A DNA stretch of 64,000 nucleotides from Balanoglossus misakiensis. Taxonomy: Eukaryota > Animalia > Hemichordata. Below are positions 18,642 to 30,492 of the stretch, one piece after another. The notes beneath the pieces were generated by a model, which had not been told where the DNA came from, did not search any database, and was given only the letters and a program-made list of their open reading frames with translations. The stretch is from contig JBECUI020000031.1 in NCBI GenBank assembly GCA_040954595.2, forward strand, positions 186,001 through 250,000, read 5' to 3'. The position numbers and the translations under genes were made by a program. Numbering within the stretch: position 1 is the first letter of the stretch; every line of letters starts with the position of its first letter.

Positions 18642-20678
18642 CTATTTTTTCAAAAGCAAAAGGGCCTGGTTTACTACGTTTTCTGGGGAAAAGCCTAATT
18701 TCTCGTCTAAGACCTCTGCCGGGGCAGAATGCCCGAAGTGATTGAGACCAAAGACTCCTCCGGCAGGACCCACCAAACCTTCCAGGGTGACGGGAAGCCC
18801 TGCGGTAAAACCCAAAACGGGAACTCCAGGAGGAATCACCGATTCCTGGTAGCTAGGATCCTGCTGTCGGAAAAGTCCTTCGGAAATGACAGAGACCACT
18901 CGTGCATGAAGTTTCTTCTCCCTTGCCAAAATCTTAGCCCCAGCTATCATGGTAGAAACCTCGGAACCCGAGGCCACAAAAATCATATCCAGAGGCTCAG
19001 CTTCCCTGACAATATAGGCCCCCCTACTGGCCTGCAAAGCATCTTGATAGCGGGTAGTTCCAGGCTTGGCAGGAAGATCCTGAATGTTTTGCCGAGAGAG
19101 AATAAGTGCCGTGGGAGTTCTGCGGTTCTCCAGAGCCATTTTCCAGGCTATGGTAGTCTCTGCCGCATCGGCAGGACGCAGGACAAGAAGAGATGGACTA
19201 CCGGAATGGTTTTGGAGTTTTTCCAACAGACGAATCTGCGCTTCCTGTTCAACGGGCTGATGGGTGGGGCCATCTTCTCCCACCCGAAAGGCATCGTGGG
19301 TCCATAGGTAGATGACGGGTAGTTCCATCAGGGCAGCCATGCGAACAGCAGGTTTCATATAGTCCGAAAAAACAAAGAAGGTTCCCCCGGCAGGTATGAG
19401 CCCTCCATGGAGGGCCATGCCATTGAGGATGGCGCCCATGGTCAGCTCAGAGACTCCGACATGAAGAAAGGCACCAGAGAAATCTCCTGGAGCCAAGGGG
19501 CTGGATTTCTTTAAAAAACCATCAGTTTTATCGCTGTTGGAAAGATCCGCTGAAGAAACAATCATATTCCCCAGATTTTCGGCAAGCCAGGAAAGAACCG
19601 TTCCCGAAGCAGTCCGAGTGGCAATGTCGGGTTTCTGCTCTACCGTAGACCAGTCCAGAGGAGGAAGCTTTCCTGAGATCCAGTCAGCTAAAAGAGCGGC
19701 TTTTTGGGGATGAGCTTTTTCCCATTCCTTTCTGGCCTTATGCCGGAGAGCGACGGCGGCCTGTTTTTTCTTGATAACTTCTTTAATGTATTCATCCACC
19801 CCAGGGAGCCACCCCAGGGGATCGGCAGGGTTTCCGCCAAGATTGGCAACCGTTTTTTCAAAGTCGGCCCCTGCCTTGCTTAGGGGCTGACCATGGGTGG
19901 AGACCTTGTTTTCAAAGGGCCGGCCTTGAGAATCCACGGCACCCTGTCCCATAGTGGTTTTTCCTATGATAAGGCTAGGACGGTTTTTCTCGGCCTTGGC
20001 AGCATCAAGAGCACCGCGAAGAGCGGTGAGGTTTCTTCCATCAACCTCCTGGACATGCCAACCCCAGGAACTGTACTTAGCGGCAGTATCCTCGACAGTA
20101 ACAAGATTGGTTGGGGTAGAGAGTTGAATACTATTGGAGTCAAAGAAAAGGATAAGATTGTCCAGCCCTAGTTTACCAGCAAGACGCCCGGCTCCTTGAG
20201 AAATTTCTTCCTGTATACCACCGTCGGAAATAAAAGCATAAATGTCGTGATGCATCCAGTCTCCAAAACGATGAACCAAAAACTTTTCTGCAATGGCGGC
20301 TCCAACGGCAAAGACATGCCCCTGCCCCAGGGGACCGGAGGTATTTTCGACTCCCCGGGCCTGATCTTTTTCTGGATGCCCTGGTGTAGGGCTTCCCCAT
20401 TGTCGGAATAATGACAAATTCTTCTTGGTGTAAAAACCATAAAGATGAAGAGTGCTATAGAGCATGGCAGACATGTGCCCAGGGTCTAAGAAAAAGCGGT
20501 CCCGCTCAAACCATTGGGGGTTGGAGGGGTCAAAGTTCAGATATTCTGCGTAAAGAAGATTAATGAATTCTGCCCCTCCCATAGCCCCTCCAGGATGACC
20601 GGACTGGGCTTTTTCCACCATGGCGGCAGAGTGAATACGGATCTGATTGGCGCATTGGTTAAGGGCCTTTTCGTCCAT
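18642..20678 (-). CDS. tkt: Transketolase
   Basis: SGHPG, TPGHPE, SGPLGQG, SDGGIQEE, THDAFRVGEDGPTHQPVEQ. Confidence 0.97.
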   Translation of the reverse strand: MDEKALNQCANQIRIHSAAMVEKAQSGHPGGAMGGAEFINLLYAEYLNFDPSNPQWFERDRFFLDPGHMSAMLYSTLHLYGFYTKKNLSLFRQWGSPTPGHPEKDQARGVENTSGPLGQGHVFAVGAAIAEKFLVHRFGDWMHHDIYAFISDGGIQEEISQGAGRLAGKLGLDNLILFFDSNSIQLSTPTNLVTVEDTAAKYSSWGWHVQEVDGRNLTALRGALDAAKAEKNRPSLIIGKTTMGQGAVDSQGRPFENKVSTHGQPLSKAGADFEKTVANLGGNPADPLGWLPGVDEYIKEVIKKKQAAVALRHKARKEWEKAHPQKAALLADWISGKLPPLDWSTVEQKPDIATRTASGTVLSWLAENLGNMIVSSADLSNSDKTDGFLKKSSPLAPGDFSGAFLHVGVSELTMGAILNGMALHGGLIPAGGTFFVFSDYMKPAVRMAALMELPVIYLWTHDAFRVGEDGPTHQPVEQEAQIRLLEKLQNHSGSPSLLVLRPADAAETTIAWKMALENRRTPTALILSRQNIQDLPAKPGTTRYQDALQASRGAYIVREAEPLDMIFVASGSEVSTMIAGAKILAREKKLHARVVSVISEGLFRQQDPSYQESVIPPGVPVLGFTAGLPVTLEGLVGPAGGVFGLNHFGHSAPAEVLDEKLGFSPENVVNQALLLLKK

Positions 20679-20880
20679 AAAGATTTTTCCTTAGAATTTA
20701 TATAAAACTTCTGTATCTTAATTATTTTATGGAAATAGGGGAAGGATGAAAGAAGAAATTTCTTCATCGGGTTGTTTTTTCTACCAGAAAATGTTGCCTG
20801 GAGCAAGAATTTCTTATTAATGAAAACTTTTGAGCCGAAAAGTATGCCATTCCCTAAAAATAAAAATATATACTAGCATC

Positions 20881-22160
20881 ATGAAGATTCGCCATTTAAT
20901 TCTTTTAATCTTTACATCAGCATTCGCCTCTTCCTCAGCAATGGCCTACGAGGTGGGCTTTACCTTTGAGGCAATTCCTCCAGGAAAACAATGGACCATC
21001 ACCACTCGTTGGGATTACCGCACCAGGGTCAATGGCCGCTATGTTGGGCATACAAACCGGGAACTTCGTGAGGTATACCGGCAAGCCGAAGAGCTTCCTG
21101 ATGGCTGGTTAATCCAAGGTAACGCGAGACTTCTTGGAGCAACCAAAAAAGACGGGCAACCCGTTGCCGCTAAATTGGAAAGAAGCGAAGAAGTCGAGTT
21201 CATTTTGGGAAGAGGAGGGGCAATCACCGTAGCAGATAATGGCTATCCCCGGCTTCGAGGTTTCCCACCTTCCCCAAAGGGGAACTCCGCAAGGGTGACC
21301 GTTGGGAAGCCCCTCTAGATATTGTTATTACTGGTCCGAATAACCAACGGGGTATCATCTCCCAGATAGCCTCCTACACCTACATAGGACAAAATGTATA
21401 CATGCAGCAGGAGGCTCACTTCTTTGATATCCTTTGGGCCATTCGCTATCGGGGGCAGGATGCAGAGATCAATACTTTTTTAAAAGAATTGGAAGGGTCC
21501 CATCGGGTCAGACTTGTGGTGAACGCTGAGACCGGTGCGCCGATTATGGCAAAAGATACACTAAAAGAAATATGGAAGTGGGCCGACACCCATGTTGAAG
21601 AAAGGGAGGGCTTTGCCCTGACCTTCTGGGAGGGTGTGCCGCCTCTGGACAGCACCGAACTGCGACGGAATTTTGAAGTCTTGTTCCCTGGCGAAGTTGC
21701 CTTTTCCAAGCCCACTCCAGACAGGGATGCGGGCAACTCAGACGGTAAGTCTGAAACCACGCAGACCAGGGAAGCAGCGCTGGATCAGGACATTAGGATA
21801 TCAGAGACGCCCCAGGGTCTCTCAGTCACCTTGAGCAATCTCCACTTCCAAGCCGACCTGGCCCTCCTCTTGCCGGAAGACCGGCCTCTCCTTGACCGCC
21901 TGGCCTCCATACTTAAAGACAACCCGGGCCGAACAGTCCTGGTGCGGGGGCATACTGCGGATACCGGAAAACAGGCAGCCCAGTATAAGCTCTCCGAAGA
22001 ACGTGCCAAAACCGTGGCTGATGAACTGGCTGCCAGAGGAATAGACCCCAGGAATCTCATTTACGAAGGTGTCGGGGCCGACGAGCCCCTGGCGGACAAC
22101 AATTCCGAAGCGGGTCGGCGTCAGAACAGACGGGTGGAATTGCTTATTTTGGAAGACTAA
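20881..22160 (+). CDS. OmpA-family protein (spirochete type), one frameshift near 21264
   Basis: Signal peptide; adding one C in TTCCCACC joins RGFP to TFPKGELRKGDRWEAP..MQQEAH; C-terminal VRGHTAD..LSEERA..NRRVE. Confidence 0.85.
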
Positions 22161-22202
22161 GACAAAAGGAGGCTCTCCTCTTCTCCGTAAAAATCTATGG
22201 AA

Positions 22203-23976
22203 TCAGGACGAATTTCCCTCTCTTCCAGCAAAGAGCTGCCGATGATACCGAGCCGATTCCGCCAGATCTCTGTACAGCTGCCGTGATTTTTCCACCAACT
22301 TTCTGGGGGACAAGCTAACTTTTTCCATTGCAAGAAGTTCCCGTATTAGCGGTTGAATAAGAAAAGAAACCATTTCTCTTCCCGGAGCTTCCAGTAGTTT
22401 TTTGTCTAGGGCGTTCAACTCGGCCAAGGCAGGAGCGGCATCTTTCCCTGTGGTCCAGCTTTCTTCCAGAACTCCTATGCTTCTTAGACCCTGGAGAGCC
22501 AAATACTCAAGAAATTCCATGGATTTTTTTGCTTCGGCCAGGGCCTGGCGAATGCGGGTAGCTGCCTGGGGATCTTCTGGAGTTTTCCGTATTGCGGTTA
22601 ACACGGCATCTATCTCTTGCCGCCGCGAGGGAAGGGTCAGTATTTCCTCCATACTAGCAAGAGGCATGCCTTTAATGGCCAGGCCCTTTGCTCCCAGTCT
22701 TCGGGGCTTATTGTCTGGATTCTGAGCTACCTGTTCCCGAAACCAGGCGGCATAGACAGCCATTCTCTTATCCGTAAGTATCATGCCGCCTTCGGCGTCA
22801 AGGGCCATGTAGGGGTGGGCATCTTGCAGATTCCACCAAGCTTGACCATAGGCAGGATTTAACCTGTTGGAGAAGTAAAAAGGCCATTGCCGGGCAAGAC
22901 TGCCGGCAAAATGAGATTTTTTCTCAGGGTAGCCCAAATCCAGCCCGGCAATGTAGAGGGGACAACAACCCCAATGCCGCCCTAGATCCCAAGCAGCAGT
23001 GGACACGGATCCCCCCCGCCTTGAGCCTTCCTTTGATTCCTGCCGCATCCTCCAAAACACTACCTAAAGGAAAACGAGTTCGGCTTAGCAAGGGCCTGCC
23101 CTGAAGTATGCGGAAAACGGAGGGTGAGTAGCCGATTCAGTCAGAATCAGGGCCTGGGAATGGCATCGATCCAAGTGCCGGGTATTCCAGTACTGAGGAT
23201 CTACCGCCGCCACAACGTCGGGCTCTACCCCTCTACGGAGCAGGGTCGAAAAGGTAGTATCCACCGCAATAAGAAGTGCCTTTTCCCGAATCTCCCTCAA
23301 GTAAGGAAACACAGCTTCAAGGGTTGGTCCCCCGGCTAGAATCAGAGCGGGAATTCCTGCCATGCTGTCCTCCCAGGGTTCCAGTGAAATAGCCCGGGCC
23401 AGAACAGGGGCATTAGCAATCAGGTTTTTTACCCACAGAGGCCCAAAACGTTTCAGAGTCTGGAGGTTTATTAACTTCCGCTCCACGGTTTCCCTTATCG
23501 CACGGGTCAAGGGCATCGTACCATTCCTTATAGAGTTCCTGGACAGGACGATAGCGGATTAAATACGTATTCTCTAAACCGAAACCGGCCAGAATATCTT
23601 TTATGGAGGCAGGGTCCCCTCCTACCAAAAAAGCTGATTTCAGGTTTGTTGCTAAGATGGCTGGGAGGACGGGCTTGCAGAGAGACCCGAAGCAGGGCCG
23701 GGTCGGCCTCGGCAATAATCAAGGGCATGGAGGGGCAATGCTGAACAATGGCCTCCGCCACGTAACCAAGACCATAGCCAGCTAAGATCACTATGGTGGA
23801 CTGTGGAGGATCTGACGGGCCAGATTCTCGGCTTCCTTAAGAGGATCAAAACGGGAGCAAAGAGCCTTGCTCCCCAAATAGGCCATGAGAGGCCCCGTGT
23901 GAGAGGAACTCAACCGCCAACCCTTGGGAGGGGGTAACTCAGGAAGAATCTTGGAAAGCTCTTTCACATCCGTCAT
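22203..23976 (-). CDS. Motility-associated factor (Maf/DUF115, MptE-like) flagellin glycosyltransferase family, split by about 5 frameshifts
   Basis: Successive fragments give LCSRFDPLKEAE, GYGLGY, LAGGPTLE, IAVDT..GVEPD..AVDPQ, GGSVSTAAWD..GLDLGY; ATGA coupling to the ftsI stop. Confidence 0.75.
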
Positions 23977-25845
23977 TGGAGTTCCAGATAAACATTCATT
24001 CCCTTCTCTATGGGAGTTCCCGGCGGAGGGAACTGAAAGACTACCCAACCCTCCCCATCTACGGTCCACCGGATGTCTTCCCGGAAGAGATACGGCAAGA
24101 GCATGCGCTTGGAGTAGCCTAGCATATTGGGCAAAACAGAACCCAGAGACTGTATCTCTGGGTTTTCTAAGGGCACTTCGCCAGAATGGGTCATCACTTG
24201 ATTCCCTCCATGGGAATACCGTAGTAAGCACCCAGGATACTGGCAATTTCCTTGACCACCGGCGAGGCAATACGTCCGCCGTAATAGCTAAAACCCTTAG
24301 GATTTTCCAGGATCACATAGACAATGAGCTGGGGCTTCTCCGTAGGAAAAATCGCAAGAACAGAACTCAGAAATCGATCTTCGCTTTAGGTCCCGGTCTG
24401 GGGATCGGCAATCTGGGCTGTACCAGACTTTGCTGAGATACGCATCCCGGGAACGCTGGCCCGTCTTACCGTTCCCTCTGGCGAGGCCACAGCCTGCTCC
24501 ATCATGGACATAAGCAATTCGGCGGTTTTGGGAGAAATTACTTCCCGTATAGGCTCCCTGGGATAATCTTTCACCACAACGCCATCGGAGTCCACTACCT
24601 TGCTGACAATTCGAGGACGCAGCAAAACTCCCCCGTTAGCCAGAGCCGTGGCAGCGGCAATCATTTGTATGGCAGAAACTCCAATTTCCTGACCAAAGGC
24701 AATGGTGGGCTTGGTCCTGACAGACCAGTTTTCTGGGGGATCAAGGATTCCATAAGATTCACCAGGCAGGGGAAGTCCTGTGGGGGCTCCAAAACCAAAA
24801 TTTTTGAGCATGTTGTAAAAAGCCACTGATTCCACGGTTTCAGAAGCATAGGAGGTGCCGACATTGCTGGAGTGGATCAACACCCCCAAAGGGTTTAAAT
24901 CGCCATAGTTCGCCAGATCTGAAATAGGAGATATCTGGTATTTCTGAAAAACTTCAGGTTCGTAGCCTCCTGAAGTGGAAAAGATACTCTCTGGTCCAAC
25001 TCCCCCCAGCTCAAAAAACGAGGCCCAGGAATAGATCTTAAACACAGAGCCAGGCTCGTAGGCTGTAATCAGTGGCCGGTTTTTTCTGGATTCAGCTGGA
25101 TATATGGAGAAATTATTGGGGTCAAAAGAGGGAAGAGAAACCCAGGAAAGAACTCCCCCCGTTTCGGCATCCATCACAAGAATCATCAAGGAATCGGGGT
25201 CGTGTTCTTCCCAGGCAGCCTCAGCAATCTTCTCAACGATGTACTGCGTATACAAGTCCAGGGTCAAGTAGACCTGATACCCATAGGATCTTTCTTCGCC
25301 GGGTCCCATCTCCAAAGGAGACAGAAACCTATCAAAGGCATATTCAATGCCGTCGAGCCCTGTATTATCCGTTCCCACATAACCAATCACCGAAGCAGCG
25401 AGTTCCTTCTCTGGATAGTGACGACCAAATTCTTCCTCGAGGGCAATGCCTGGCAGTTTTCCCTCATTGATGAGTTCTCGAACTCGTTCCGTCTGGGTTG
25501 GTGTTGCCTTCCGCTTGACAAAGAGGAAACGAGAACCCTCTTGAGAGGTTAAAAGCCTCAACAGCTCCTGAGAGTCCATATTCAAAGCACTGCCTAAGAG
25601 GTTGGCTGTGCTTTCGGGATCTGTAAGATTAGGAAGCCATGCGGTCACGGAATACAGCCTGGTTTGAATGGCCAGGAGTCGGCCATTTCGATCGAGTATC
25701 GGCCCCCGTTCAGCCCGGATAGCTGGGGATCGGGGAGGAAGGTTTGGGGGACACCTAGCATAATAAAAGCAAAACGAACGGCCAGAACCAGGGCCACCGC
25801 CAAGCTAACGAGTATTAGAATAAAAATTCGACGATTCTTCGTCAA
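23973..25845 (-). CDS. ftsI: Penicillin-binding protein FtsI/PBP3 with C-terminal PASTA-like domain; 2 frameshifts and 1 in-frame TAA
   Basis: TM anchor, ERGPILDRNG, YEPGSVFK (SxxK), HSSNVG (SxN), AKSGTAQ (KSG); TTG start with GGGAG RBS. Confidence 0.85.
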
Positions 25846-26314
25846 AGTCTCTTCTCCCACTTTTTCAGCAGCAAGACCTTTCCAACCACATTGCTTTTTG
25901 CCACAAACCGTATTCCCTACTATCCAAAGAATCAAATTGATTGTCTCCTACCAGAAAAACCAATCCCTTAGGCACTTCGTCCCATTTCGTAATATAGTTT
26001 CTTTGCGGGCCAGAGAGAAACCAGCGGGAACCTTCGGCCAGCAACCAGCCATTTTTAACAATCAAAGCATCTCCCTCACCAAGGATACAGCGTTTTACCG
26101 CCAATTTTCCGTCGACAGGGCTGCGAAAGACCAAAATATCATTGACACCCCAAGACAGGGGAGTACGAGCAACCATAAGCCACTGCCCATCAGTCAATAA
26201 AGGGGCCATGGAGTTTTCTTCTACCTTGAGGATCAAAAAGAACTTGTTGTATAGGCCAAAAATGACCAGGAAGACAACTGCTGGAAGAATAAAGGGCAAA
26301 GAACGCAAGGTCAT
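25842..26314 (-). CDS. lepB: Signal peptidase I, frameshift near 25905
   Basis: SMAPLL, VKRC, VGDNQFDSLDSREYG; restoring one T gives ..FVAKSNVVGKV.. ending in a TGA that overlaps the ftsI TTG. Confidence 0.8.
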
Positions 26315-26428
26315 ATGAGGTTCAGAGTAATACAAGAGACTAAAATTGTCGATAAGAGAAAAGTAGGCAGTAGCAGAAGAAGACACAATGTTTTGCCGCC
26401 GTTCCCGGTCGACCCAAGGGGGGGGATC

Positions 26429-27416
26429 ATGAAATTGACCAGACCTCGAGCTAGGCACCAGTATAAATTGGAACGAGGGAAAAAATATCTGGCTTTTTAA
26501 GAGGCGCTCCTTTTTTGCTTGCCTCTATACTTTTTCTCCTTGCCCCAGGTTCGGGGCTTGATTGATCCTTGGTTGAATTCCAACCCCATTTCTCAGCAGT
26601 TTTTTTTGTTGCCACACAGCATTCCTCAATCTTCTCAAGAAACTTTGAGATCTTCAATTGAAGCTCCCCAGCCCTCCTCGGGAGGGAATAGGGAACCACG
26701 AGAACTCATTTATACGCGCTACCGGATACAGAAGGGGAAACCCTTTCTCGATTGGCCTGGAAATTCGGCCTTAGCACCGCCACCTTGGTGAGCGTTAACA
26801 AGCTGGAGAACCCCGGCAAACTCAAAACGGGAGACTTGCTCATTATTCCCTATAAAGACGGCATGCGCATGACACCTGGTCCCAAGGAAACCCTAGTCGA
26901 TGTGGCCCGAACCTATGGAGAACTGAATCCTGAGGACTTAAAGAGACTTCCAACCATCGTGGACAAAGAGGGTAAAGACCTTTTTCTCCCAGGAATCATT
27001 CCTCCCCCCTCCTCTCTTCCTGAGGCTCTGGGAGAGACTTTTCTCTTTCCAGTCCAGGGACGCATTTCCTATCCTTTTGGGGTGGTAGAAGATAAACTGA
27101 CCAAGATCCCCTACAAAAATGAAGGTATAGATCTAAAGGCCTTCAGAGGAATGCCGGTAACAGCCTCCCGCAGTGGGGTCGTATCTGCTGTGGGGACTCA
27201 TCCTAGTTATGGCCGATACATAATTATAAGCCACACAAGGGGGTGGAAGAGTTTCTATGGGCACTTGGAAGAGACCTACATCCACACAGGGGAAAAAATC
27301 GAGCAGGGAAGTATTCTTGGAACTGTTGGTGATTCAGGAACTGCCAGGGAACCAACCCTCCATTTTGTCCTGATTAAGGGAATAGGGTTGTCGACCCGTT
27401 GAAGTTTCTTTTATAA
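26429..27416 (+). CDS. LysM/M23 family peptidase (murein hydrolase/activator), several frameshifts
   Basis: YRIQKG(E)TLSRLAWKFGLS..VNKL LysM; GIDL, YGRYIIISH, FYGHL, GTVGDSG, LHF; corrected end VVDPLKFL; start uncertain (26315 or 26429). Confidence 0.75.
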
Positions 27417-27459
27417 TATAATGCTAGAATAGAAAAAAAATCGGAAAGTAATAGGAATT

Positions 27460-27645
27460 ATGAGAAAGTTAATGTTCATCCTTATCGTCTTGATAGCCCT
27501 ATTCACTCTGTTCAGGGCTTTTGCCTTCTACAATGCCGAGAACCCCAAGGTAGTACATGACATTAGACAACAAGACAATCTTCATTCAGAGGGAAGGGTC
27601 AGGAGCGGCGCACTCCCACGAAAGCTTGGGAAAATTCCCGACTAA
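27460..27645 (+). CDS. Small hypothetical exported/membrane protein
   Basis: AGGA RBS, signal-like N-terminus; lies in the error-rich block so its length is uncertain. Confidence 0.45.
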   Translation: MRKLMFILIVLIALFTLFRAFAFYNAENPKVVHDIRQQDNLHSEGRVRSGALPRKLGKIPD

Positions 27646-30418
27646 AGCCCACAGCATTTCTTATATTTCTTCCCACTTCCACAAGGACAGGGGTCGTTCC
27701 GTCCCACCTTGGGATTGTTTCGCTTTACCTGAGCCAGAGTCGGGCTTGCCTCTTTTCTTTCCTGGGTTGCCAATTTTTCCTGGGTTGCCAAATTCTGCTG
27801 CTGCAATCCCAGAGAAGATGCGGTGTTATGAACGGCGCTGACCTGGGTGATTTCTCTGTTTTGAGATTCCCTTTCTCGCTGCTGTATGCGGACATGAAAG
27901 ACTTTGCGGGCAATATTGACCCGTAAATCGGCAATCATAGCATCAAAAATCTCAAATCCTTCGTTCTTATACTCTACCAAAGGATTCTTCTGGGCATAGG
28001 AGCGAAGATAAACCGCCTCCCGCAGGGCCTCAGTTCTTCCAAATGCTCTTGCCATTTTTGGTCAAGCTGGCGTAGGTATTCAAAACGGATAAACAAAGTC
28101 AGCCGTTCTTCTCCTACCAGATATATTTTTTCTTCCAGATCTTTTTTGCAATGATTCTCTATTGCGACCCGTACTTCTTCATAATTCCACTTTGTCTGTG
28201 CGGCAGAACCTTCTTGAGAAAGATTATAGTGAAAATTATAATGAAGTCTTTCCTGAAGTCGTCCCAGGGCCGCCTCTGAATCGCCTTTGAGATCTTCCTG
28301 ATAATCGGCCATAAGAACATCGAGAATTTCCTGCCCTGTGCTTCTTACCTTATCGATAAGCCCCTTGCCCTCTAAGACTTCATCCCGCAGCCGATAAATA
28401 TGATTTCTCTGGCGGCTGAGCACATCGTCGTAGTCCAGAAGATGTTTCCTGATTTCATAGTTTCTCTCTTCCACCCGCTTCTGGGCCCGTTCCAACGAAC
28501 GGTTAATAAGAGAATGATGAAGTGGTTCTCCTCCCGCCATACCCAAGCGCGCCATGGTGGCCCGAAAATTTTCTCCTCCAAAAATACGCATTAAATCGTC
28601 TTCCAAAGAAAGATAGAACTGGGAGAATCCTGGATCTCCCTGCCTCCCTGAGCGCCCCCGCAGCTGGTTATCTATCCGCCGGGCATCATGGCGCTCCGTC
28701 CCTAGCACATAAAGCCCTCCCAGACTCTTTACTTCTTCGTTATCGCGCTGCCAAGCCGAAGTTTCTTCTTCAAGAATTTTTGCGTATTCTTCCTCCGTTG
28801 TTTTCTCATTGCAGCGCCTTTTAGTGCGGAATTCCGCATTTCCTCCCAGTTTGATATCGGTCCCGCGACCAGCCATGTTGGTGGCAATGGTTATGGAACC
28901 CTTGGCACCAGCTTCAGCAATAACCAGAGCTTCGCGGTGATGGTTTTTGGCATTGAGAATTTCATGTCGGATGCCCCTTTTCCTTAGATGCTCAGAAAGC
29001 TTTTCAGACTTTTCCACACTCGCCGTTCCTACCAGTATGGGCTGCCCCTTGGCATGGATCTCGGCAATTTTGTCGCCTATGGCAGAGAATTTAAACTCTT
29101 CATTGAGATAGATAATGTCATCGGCATCCTTACGATTCATTGCCCGGTTTGTGGGGATCACCACTACCCCAAGTCCGTAAATCCTATGAAATTCCCGGGC
29201 CTCGGTGTCGGCCGTACCGGTCATCCCTGAAAGCTTGTTGTACATACGGAAGTAATTCTGGAATGTTATGGTTGCCAAGGTAACGTTTCTTCTGGCAGGA
29301 CGGATTTTCTCCTTGGCTTCAATAGCCTGGTGTAGACCATCGGAATAGCGTCGACCTTTGAGTATACGGCCTGTAAATTCGTCAACAATCTGTACCTGCC
29401 CCTCCTGCAAGACGTAACTCACATCCCGTTTGAAAAGATATTGGGCCCGTAGAGCTTGCATAAAGTAGTGGATGTATTCGAAATTTTCCTCGTCAAAGAG
29501 ACTTCCATTCTGAATAAACTGTTCCTTCTTAAGAATTGCTTCTATGTGGTTCATTCCCTGGTCGGTAAAAAGGATCCGCTTGTTTTTTTCATTGAGCTTG
29601 AAATCGCCCTCAGGCTGGTTACCTGACAGGGGATCTTCCTGAGGATACTCTCCGGTTTCCTGGTCCCGGACACATTCCTGCAGCTGCTTGCTCAAACGAT
29701 TAGCCAGAATGTATTTCTGTACATCCTCTTCCACGGGTCCAGAGATAATCAGTGGGGTTCTTGCCTCATCAATGAGGATGGAATCGATCTCGTCGATAAT
29801 GGCATAATGATGCCCTCCCTGAGCTTTGCGAGAGTTGTCCCACTTCATGTTGTCCCGCAAATAGTCAAAACCAAACTCATTGTTTGTGCCGTAAGTAATG
29901 TCTTTGGCGTACTCTACTCGGCGGGTTTCGGGATCCATGAACGGGAGTATGGTGCCGACAGAGACCCCCAAGTAGGAGTAGACGGGCCTCATCCACTGAG
30001 CATCCCGTTCCGCCAGATAGTCATTTACCGTAACAACATGAACCCCTTTGCCTTCAAGACTGTTCAAGTACGCTGCAGCGATGCTTCCGAGAGTTTTTCC
30101 TTCACCGGTTTTCATCTCAGTGATCATTCCCTTGTGAAGAACAATGGCTCCTAAAATCTGGACGTCAAAGTGCCGCTCTGTTAACGTGCGTCGGGCAGCC
30201 TCGCGGACCAGGGCAAAGGCTTCAGGCAAAAGATCATCGAGGGTTTCTTTCAAAGCTAGACGTTTCTTGAACGTTTCCGTCATGCGAGGGAAGTCTTCTT
30301 CTGGCAGGGAGAGAGCCCAGGACTCCTTGGCATTCACCTTATGAAGCATGGGCATGAGTTGTTGCAAATCGCGACTATGTTTTGTGCCAAAAACAGCACT
30401 AAGTAAGGAGTTGATCAT
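27642..30418 (-). CDS. secA: Preprotein translocase subunit SecA, frameshift near 28030
   Basis: [55 protein letters not shown]; second fragment [39 protein letters not shown]. Confidence 0.95.
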
Positions 30419-30424
30419 AGGAAC

Positions 30425-30484
30425 AACATATAACCTGTTTTTTCCATCGTCAAGATTGACAGGAGAAGATCCTATGATTACACT
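30425..30484. promoter_or_regulatory. Back-to-back sigma70 promoters for secA and the divergent lipoprotein, both near-leaderless
   Basis: Minus TTGACG-17-TATGTT-6 nt-ATG; plus TTGACA-17-TACACT-8 nt-ATG. Confidence 0.75.
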
Positions 30485-30492
30485 GCGTTTTC

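Noticed and set aside
26312-26317. Zero-gap head-to-head start codons (CAT-ATG) for lepB and the LysM gene
   Set aside because: The lepB promoter occupies 26324-26352 and a better RBS-linked ATG exists at 26429, so 26315 is probably not a real start
21260-28035. Calling secA, ftsI, lepB, ompA and maf pseudogenes or programmed frameshifts
   Set aside because: These include essential genes, the indels are mostly in homopolymers in both directions, and protein motifs are otherwise intact, so sequencing error is more parsimonious
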